41,399 bases of DNA. Source: Muribaculaceae bacterium. GTDB lineage: Bacteria; Bacteroidota; Bacteroidia; Bacteroidales; Muribaculaceae. A model generated the notes under the pieces. The model made no database searches. It was not told the DNA's origin and worked only from the letters and a program-made list of their open reading frames with translations. The DNA lies in the NCBI GenBank assembly GCA_051878395.1, contig JBJEKB010000252.1:429-41827 (forward strand). Reading direction: 5' to 3'. Shown here piece after piece: positions 36,831 through 41,399 of this stretch (positions are counted from its first letter, which is position 1; every line of letters begins with the position of its first letter). The position numbers and the translations under genes are program-made.

Positions 36831-37274
36831 TCAATAGAGGGCGAGAGGCGCGAGAGCACGGGAAATGTTCTGCCGGAAGAGTTCGCGCATACGGCGTTGC
36901 TCCTCGGCAGCCGCCTCATCGCCGGCATAGAGCAGATAGAGGATATGAGCCGCCACAGCCTGCTCGAGGGCGATGCGCACCATCGTAACCACCGGCGCGG
37001 GGACGCTCTCGGGGAGCGCGATGGTGAAAGTTACCAATCCGGTGTCGCGGGCGCCGTCGAGGTCGAGAGCCTCGGCGTAGCCCATAAGCCGCGAGGTCGC
37101 CTCGATGATGCTCTCGAGGGCGAAGGGGATGAGCAGAGCGGTGTTTTCGAGGTCGATACGTGTGGGGCGCGCGGTGTAGGGGTCTTTGGTGGCGGCAAGC
37201 AGGGCTGCCATTGCGCTACTTTGTTCGAGAATGCGGTTGATGTCGAAGACGATGTCTATTTTCTTGTATTCCAT
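36831..37274 (-). CDS. Hypothetical acidic protein (147 aa), third gene of the GC-rich overlapping operon
   Basis: ATG start. Third codon positions are strongly C/G and codon choice matches neighbouring genes (atc, gac, ctc, gcc). It overlaps the upstream gene by 19 nt. I recognise no domain. Confidence 0.6.
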   Translation of the reverse strand: MEYKKIDIVFDINRILEQSSAMAALLAATKDPYTARPTRIDLENTALLIPFALESIIEATSRLMGYAEALDLDGARDTGLVTFTIALPESVPAPVVTMVRIALEQAVAAHILYLLYAGDEAAAEEQRRMRELFRQNISRALAPLALY

Positions 37275-37666
37275 AGTGTGATTAATGTGAGGGTTGATAA
37301 TACTATTATTATATAAGGTGTAATGTTGAAAGAAGTGGCGGGGGTGGAGGAGGCTGTGCGCTCCTCTGCCAGGGCGATGACGGTGTCGCGCGTTGCGCTC
37401 TGCCGGGCAACGGCGCTACCCGAGGCTGAACGCGCCACCTTCACGCGCTTGAACGATTTCTCCACGGCACGCCCCGTGGTGTCGTATTGCACCGAGATGG
37501 TGAAAGTCTCGATTTCGGCGGTGACGCTGTCGCGGAGGGTGCGCTCGGCGCGCAGCGTGTCGGCAGAGTGGGCAGCCATCTCCGCCGAGGTGGCAGTGCG
37601 GCTGCTGCGGCACGATGCAAGGGCGAGCGATGCGGCGAGGATGAGGCAACTAAGCAGTCGTGGCAT
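37256..37666 (-). CDS. Hypothetical lipoprotein with a C-terminal transmembrane anchor (136 aa)
   Basis: Lipobox LALASC at the N-terminus and a hydrophobic C-terminal helix ITPYIIIVLSTLTLITLW followed by NTRK. It overlaps both neighbouring genes. Confidence 0.6.
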   Translation of the reverse strand: MPRLLSCLILAASLALASCRSSRTATSAEMAAHSADTLRAERTLRDSVTAEIETFTISVQYDTTGRAVEKSFKRVKVARSASGSAVARQSATRDTVIALAEERTASSTPATSFNITPYIIIVLSTLTLITLWNTRK

Positions 37667-38066
37667 GATTTCGCTCCATTTTTGAGATTATACGTTGGGC
37701 ATATCCCACGCTGAGGAAGAATCCGTTGGCGCGCTCGTTGCAAAGCACGTGCGACACGGCAAGTTTGGTTGACCAGCGCGGATGGCGCCGCCGCGCCGCG
37801 CACACTTTGTCGTAGAAGTCGCCCCAAATGCTCGTGATGCGCGAACTGTCGCGGTTGGCGCGCCGATGGTTGTCGAGGCTGAAGACGACACGCATAGCTG
37901 TGTCGAGCGTGAAGGGGAAGGCAGGGCGCCCGCGCTCAATCGCCTCACGAATCATGACGCGCCGATTGAGCGGGAGGTTGTTGTCGAGATGTGATTTTAC
38001 AACACTGAGATAGGACTGATAGAGGTCGTTGTCCCTCTGCAAAATTGGATATTTACAATGTTTCAT
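37650..38066 (-). CDS. Hypothetical basic protein (138 aa), first gene of the GC-rich operon
   Basis: ATG start downstream of an AT-rich region with a CAAATATA box (TATATTTG on the - strand) at 38153-38160. I recognise no domain. Confidence 0.5.
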   Translation of the reverse strand: MKHCKYPILQRDNDLYQSYLSVVKSHLDNNLPLNRRVMIREAIERGRPAFPFTLDTAMRVVFSLDNHRRANRDSSRITSIWGDFYDKVCAARRRHPRWSTKLAVSHVLCNERANGFFLSVGYAQRIISKMERNHATTA

Positions 38067-38230
38067 AGTTAAAGATTAAAATAATTGATAATAATTTGGC
38101 ATTTAGCCATTAAATAAACACTATAAAAAACACACAAACTATTTTTCCACTGCAAATATACAACATCTTTTGCCAATATGCAAGTAATATTACAATTATT
38201 TTTTGATTTTTTTGTTGGGGGGGGTGGCTG

Positions 38231-38433
38231 AATAGGGCCAATAGGGCGAATAGGGCGAATAGGCTGCGATAAACGCATGGCAGCGCCGCTCACGCAGCGC
38301 AAGGGCAGCGTCGCCGCTCACGCAGCGCGATTATATTTGCCTGCCCATTGGCCCTATTAGCCCCATTCGCCCCATTCGCCCCATTCGCCCCATTCGCCCC
38401 ATTCGCCCTATTCGCCCCATTCGCCCCATTCAT
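38231..38433. repeat. Third composite palindromic 9-mer element with an expanded forward array
   Basis: Four reverse units (aatagggcg-type) at 38231-38266, a centre with two gccgctcacgcagcgc copies and gcagcgcaagggc, and ten forward units (mostly cccattcgc) at 38344-38433. Confidence 0.9.
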
Positions 38434-38485
38434 TAGAGCGGCTGCGCCGCGCGAGCTGCTCCGCTGCGCGAGCGCCCCACCCCAC

Positions 38486-38556
38486 AATACATTTTTACAT
38501 TTTTTGTAATTACATTTTTTGTAATTACATTTTTTGTAATTACATTTGCCGTAAAT
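38486..38556 (+). repeat. 15-bp AT-rich tandem repeat (tacattttttgtaat, three full and two partial copies) containing the promoter of the downstream ATPase gene
   Basis: Full units at 38496-38510, 38511-38525 and 38526-38540. The last partial unit reads TACATTTG (38541-38548), a perfect TAnnTTTG box, with TTTG at 38518-21 exactly 19 nt upstream. Confidence 0.85.
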
Positions 38557-38565
38557 TTGAACGAT

Positions 38566-39699
38566 ATGGAAACTCCCTTTATCTTTGGCAAGATTGCCAC
38601 CGACAAAAATTTCACCGACAGAGAGGCGGAAACAGCGCATTTGGTCCAAAATTTCACCTCTATTATCAACACCATCATCATCTCACCGAGACGATGGGGA
38701 AAAAGTTCGCTCGTCAACAAGGCTTCGCGCATTGCGGCGAGCCAAGATGAGAGGGTGAGGGTGTGCCACCTCGACCTTTTTAATGTGCGCAACGAGGCTC
38801 ATTTCTACGCCCTCCTCGCCAAAAAGGTGATTGAGGCAACTGCCGGAAAATGGGAAGAGGCGGTAGCAAACGCCAAACAATTTCTCTCGCATATTGTTCC
38901 GAAAATCTCGATTGGCACCGACCCCACCAATGAAATATCGATAGACTTCGACTGGGATGACACTTCACGCGACCCCGACGAAATCCTCGACCTCGCCGAA
39001 AAGATAGCCAAAGAGAAAGGGCTTAAAATCATGGTGTGCATCGACGAATTTCAAAATATCGCCGAGTTCACCGACCCGATTTATTTCCAGAAAAAACTCC
39101 GCTCGCACTGGCAACTGCACGAAAACGTGGGATACTGCCTATATGGCAGCAAAAGGCACATGATGATAGAGGTGTTCACCAATTCCTCCAAGCCGTTCTA
39201 CAAATTTGGCGACATGCTTTTCCTTAATAAGATAGACTCCCGGTACCTCGTGAAGTTTTTCAAGGAGCGATTTGAAGACACCGGGAAAGCAATCGACGAC
39301 GATGCGGCACAGCTGATATCGACTCTCGCCGACAACCACCCCTACTATGCGCAGCAGCTGGCGCAGCTCTCATGGCTGCGCACTTCCGGAAGATGCACCG
39401 TCGAGGTGGTGAAGCAGGCACATTCCGCACTTGTAGAACAACTCAGTCTGCTGTTTGTAACCATCACTGAGACGCTTACAAATCAACAGACTGCTGTACT
39501 TAATGCCCTCTTGGCTGGTGAATCCGCCTTGACATCCACCGAGGTGATGCACCGCTACGGAATCTCATCGGGAACGGCTGCATTTCGTGCCAAAGCCGCG
39601 CTCATAAAGAGCGACATCCTCGACGACCAAGCCGGAAAGATTTCTTTCCAAGACCCCATCTACGCCTATTGGCTAAAAACGGAGTATTTCGCCAAATAA
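38566..39699 (+). CDS. ATP-binding protein, Arch_ATPase/DUF234-like AAA ATPase with a probable C-terminal winged-helix domain
   Basis: FIFGKIATDKNFTDRE, then P-loop SPRRWGKSSL and Walker B MVCIDEFQ. I prefer the ATG at 38566 to the TTG at 38557. Confidence 0.75.
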   Translation: METPFIFGKIATDKNFTDREAETAHLVQNFTSIINTIIISPRRWGKSSLVNKASRIAASQDERVRVCHLDLFNVRNEAHFYALLAKKVIEATAGKWEEAVANAKQFLSHIVPKISIGTDPTNEISIDFDWDDTSRDPDEILDLAEKIAKEKGLKIMVCIDEFQNIAEFTDPIYFQKKLRSHWQLHENVGYCLYGSKRHMMIEVFTNSSKPFYKFGDMLFLNKIDSRYLVKFFKERFEDTGKAIDDDAAQLISTLADNHPYYAQQLAQLSWLRTSGRCTVEVVKQAHSALVEQLSLLFVTITETLTNQQTAVLNALLAGESALTSTEVMHRYGISSGTAAFRAKAALIKSDILDDQAGKISFQDPIYAYWLKTEYFAK

Positions 39700-39727
39700 T
39701 CGAGCCAAAAGGCTACAATTCAAGGAT

Positions 39728-40831
39728 TTACACATTAAAGCGGAAGTGCATGATGTCACCGTCTTGCACTACGTAGTCTTTGCCCTCGACGCTGAGTTTT
39801 CCGGCTTCGCGGCACGCTGCCTCGCCGCCAAGCGCCACATAATCCTCATATTTTATCACCTCGGCGCGGATGAAGCCTTTCTCGAAGTCGGTGTGAATCA
39901 CTCCGGCGCATTGCGGAGCCTTGGCGCCTTTGTGGTAGGTCCATGCACGCACCTCATCGCTACCGGCGGTGAGGAATGTCTCGAGATTCAGCAGGCTGTA
40001 AGCCTTCTTGATGAGGCGGTTTACGCCCGATTCCTCGAGTCCGATTTCGTTGAGGAACATCTGGCGCTCCTCGTAGGTGTCGAATTCGGCGATTTCGCTC
40101 TCGGTGCGAGCCGCGATGATAAGCACCTCGGCATTCTCCTCTTTCACTGCCTCGCGCACCTGCTCGACATATTTGTTGCCCGAAACGGCTGAATCGTCAT
40201 CCACGTTGCACACATAGAGCACCGGTTTGTTGGTGAGGAGGAAGAGGTCGCGGGCAAATTTTTGCTCGTCTTTGGTTTCAAAAGCGACGGTGCGGGCGGC
40301 TTTTCCCTGCTCGAGAGCCTCCTTGTATTGTCTCAGCACCTCATATTGCATCTTGGCGGTCTTGTCGCCGCCGGTTTGCGCCTGTTTCTGCACCTTGTCG
40401 ATGCGGCTCGACACAGTCTCGAGGTCCTTGAGTTGCAATTCGTAATCGATGATTTCCTTGTCGCGAACGGGGTTCACCGAGCCATCGACATGGGTGATAT
40501 TGTCGTCGTCGAAGCAACGGAGCACATGCAGGATGGCATCTGTCTCGCGGATATTGGCGAGGAACTTATTTCCAAGTCCTTCACCCTTGGATGCGCCTTT
40601 CACAAGACCGGCAATATCGACAATCTCCACTGTGGTGGGGATTACGCGCTGCGGATTGCAAATCTCGGCGAGGCGGTTGAGGCGCTCGTCGGGCACGGTT
40701 ATCACGCCCACATTGGGTTCGATTGTACAGAACGGAAAATTTGCCGATTGAGCCTTTGCGTTGGAAAGGCAGTTGAAAAGGGTTGACTTGCCCACATTGG
40801 GGAGTCCTACGATGCCACATTGTAAAGCCAT
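39728..40831 (-). CDS. ychF: Ribosome-binding / redox-regulated ATPase YchF
   Basis: G1 motif [15 protein letters not shown], a coiled-coil insert, and a C-terminal TGS-like region ([29 protein letters not shown]). Confidence 0.95.
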   Translation of the reverse strand: MALQCGIVGLPNVGKSTLFNCLSNAKAQSANFPFCTIEPNVGVITVPDERLNRLAEICNPQRVIPTTVEIVDIAGLVKGASKGEGLGNKFLANIRETDAILHVLRCFDDDNITHVDGSVNPVRDKEIIDYELQLKDLETVSSRIDKVQKQAQTGGDKTAKMQYEVLRQYKEALEQGKAARTVAFETKDEQKFARDLFLLTNKPVLYVCNVDDDSAVSGNKYVEQVREAVKEENAEVLIIAARTESEIAEFDTYEERQMFLNEIGLEESGVNRLIKKAYSLLNLETFLTAGSDEVRAWTYHKGAKAPQCAGVIHTDFEKGFIRAEVIKYEDYVALGGEAACREAGKLSVEGKDYVVQDGDIMHFRFNV

Positions 40832-40860
40832 AGAATACTATAAGTTAATTATTTTTTACA

Positions 40861-41199
40861 TTATTGATTGTTGCGGGAAAGGATGTCGAAGGAATCCACC
40901 CAGATTTCGGCAACGGTGCGCTTTATGGCGGTGTTGTCCTCCCAGATGCGGTATCTGAGTTTCCCTTCGGCATAGATTTTGTGCCCTTTCCTGAGGTATT
41001 TTTCAGCCAATTCGGCATTTTTGCCCCACAATTTGAGGGTGTGCCACTCGGTGCGCTCGGGGAGCATGATGCCGTTGCCCAAGTCTTCGGGTGGTGTGGT
41101 GGTGGCAAGGCTGAGCGTTACGATCGGCTTGCCGCCGTCGTATCTCACTACCGGGTCTTTGCCCAGATTGCCTATCAAAATCACCTTGTTGACCGACAT
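40861..41199 (-). CDS. ssb: Single-stranded DNA-binding protein, short form without an acidic C-terminal tail
   Basis: OB-fold pattern MSVNKVILIGNLGKDPVVRY...TEWHTLKLWGKNAELAEKYLRKGHKIYAEGKLRYRIWED. The protein ends ...DILSRNNQ. Confidence 0.85.
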   Translation of the reverse strand: MSVNKVILIGNLGKDPVVRYDGGKPIVTLSLATTTPPEDLGNGIMLPERTEWHTLKLWGKNAELAEKYLRKGHKIYAEGKLRYRIWEDNTAIKRTVAEIWVDSFDILSRNNQ

Positions 41200-41208
41200 T
41201 GCCTCTCG

Positions 41209-41399
41209 TTATTTACATGAATTTTTAAGGCCTTCGATTACCGCGGTGGTGAAGCCGTTGCGCTCCATGTTGCGCTGCGCCCATTCCAGATACGTCTGCG
41301 ACAGATCGACCGTGGTCGTCTCGCGCGCGCCGCCCGCCGCGGCGTAGACGGTCGCCGCCCCGGTGTAGGCGAACAGGTTGAGGAAGCGCGCGTCCTGCG
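41209..41399 (-). pseudogene. 3'-truncated fragment of a class I SAM-dependent rRNA methyltransferase (RlmK/RlmI-like), ~70% GC, running off the window edge
   Basis: The - strand frame reads [62 protein letters not shown]. The SAM-binding motif is present, but the frame stops about 10 aa after NG, before the expected DPP[FY] motif. Confidence 0.5.

Noticed and set aside
38344-38556. Possible CRISPR array (also considered for the 9-mer, 15-mer and 42-mer repeats at 1-108 and 30098-30161)
   Set aside because: The repeats are contiguous with no unique spacers. The units are 9, 15 or 42 bp rather than 24-48 bp repeats alternating with spacers. No cas genes are present.
38290-38649. 119-aa - strand ORF with a collagen-like (GAN)n stretch
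   Set aside because: The Gly-X-Y periodicity is just the 9-bp repeat read in frame. The ORF runs antisense into the ATPase start and promoter repeats. The same reasoning applies to 38069-38302 and 38433-38792.

Overview
Chromosomal window from a Bacteroidota (Bacteroidales-like) genome. The phylum call rests on a SusC/SusD pair, three proteins with T9SS C-terminal sorting domains, TAnnTTTG/-33 TTTG promoters and the absence of Shine-Dalgarno sites. Gene order, left to right: aquaporin; SUI1/YciH with an AddA-like helicase-nuclease; ferritin; a Wzx/Wzy-type exopolysaccharide locus (5306-14713); a five-gene SusC/SusD locus (15184-25752); an orphan AAA-ATPase/PD-(D/E)XK gene; a DUF3822-rsmD-EamA operon; a 1.2-kb repeat-filled divergent intergenic region; a second GHL10 paralogue (31029-34127); 1 kb of GC-rich hairpin-laden non-coding DNA; a stand-alone T9SS cargo gene (35146-36600); a GC-rich three-gene overlapping operon of unknown function; a second orphan ATPase; ychF; ssb; and a 70% GC truncated methyltransferase fragment at the right edge. 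I found no tRNA, rRNA, CRISPR array, transposase or integrase. The best candidate for an undescribed system is the central SusC/SusD locus. Its only enzyme candidate is a T9SS-sorted GHL10 (YddW/DigH-like) protein, and it has no classical CAZyme or regulator. It is linked by paralogy to two more T9SS cargo genes 5-10 kb downstream. A second class of signal is a family of GC-rich structured repeats that fills most of the longer GC-rich intergenic regions. It includes a 412/393-bp tandem element with a roughly 170-nt nested hairpin, inverted 9-bp microsatellite arrays, an 18-nt GCGCTGC-N4-GCAGCGC hairpin, and a 69-bp inverted repeat. All family and domain names come from motif recognition by eye and need HMM or BLAST confirmation.
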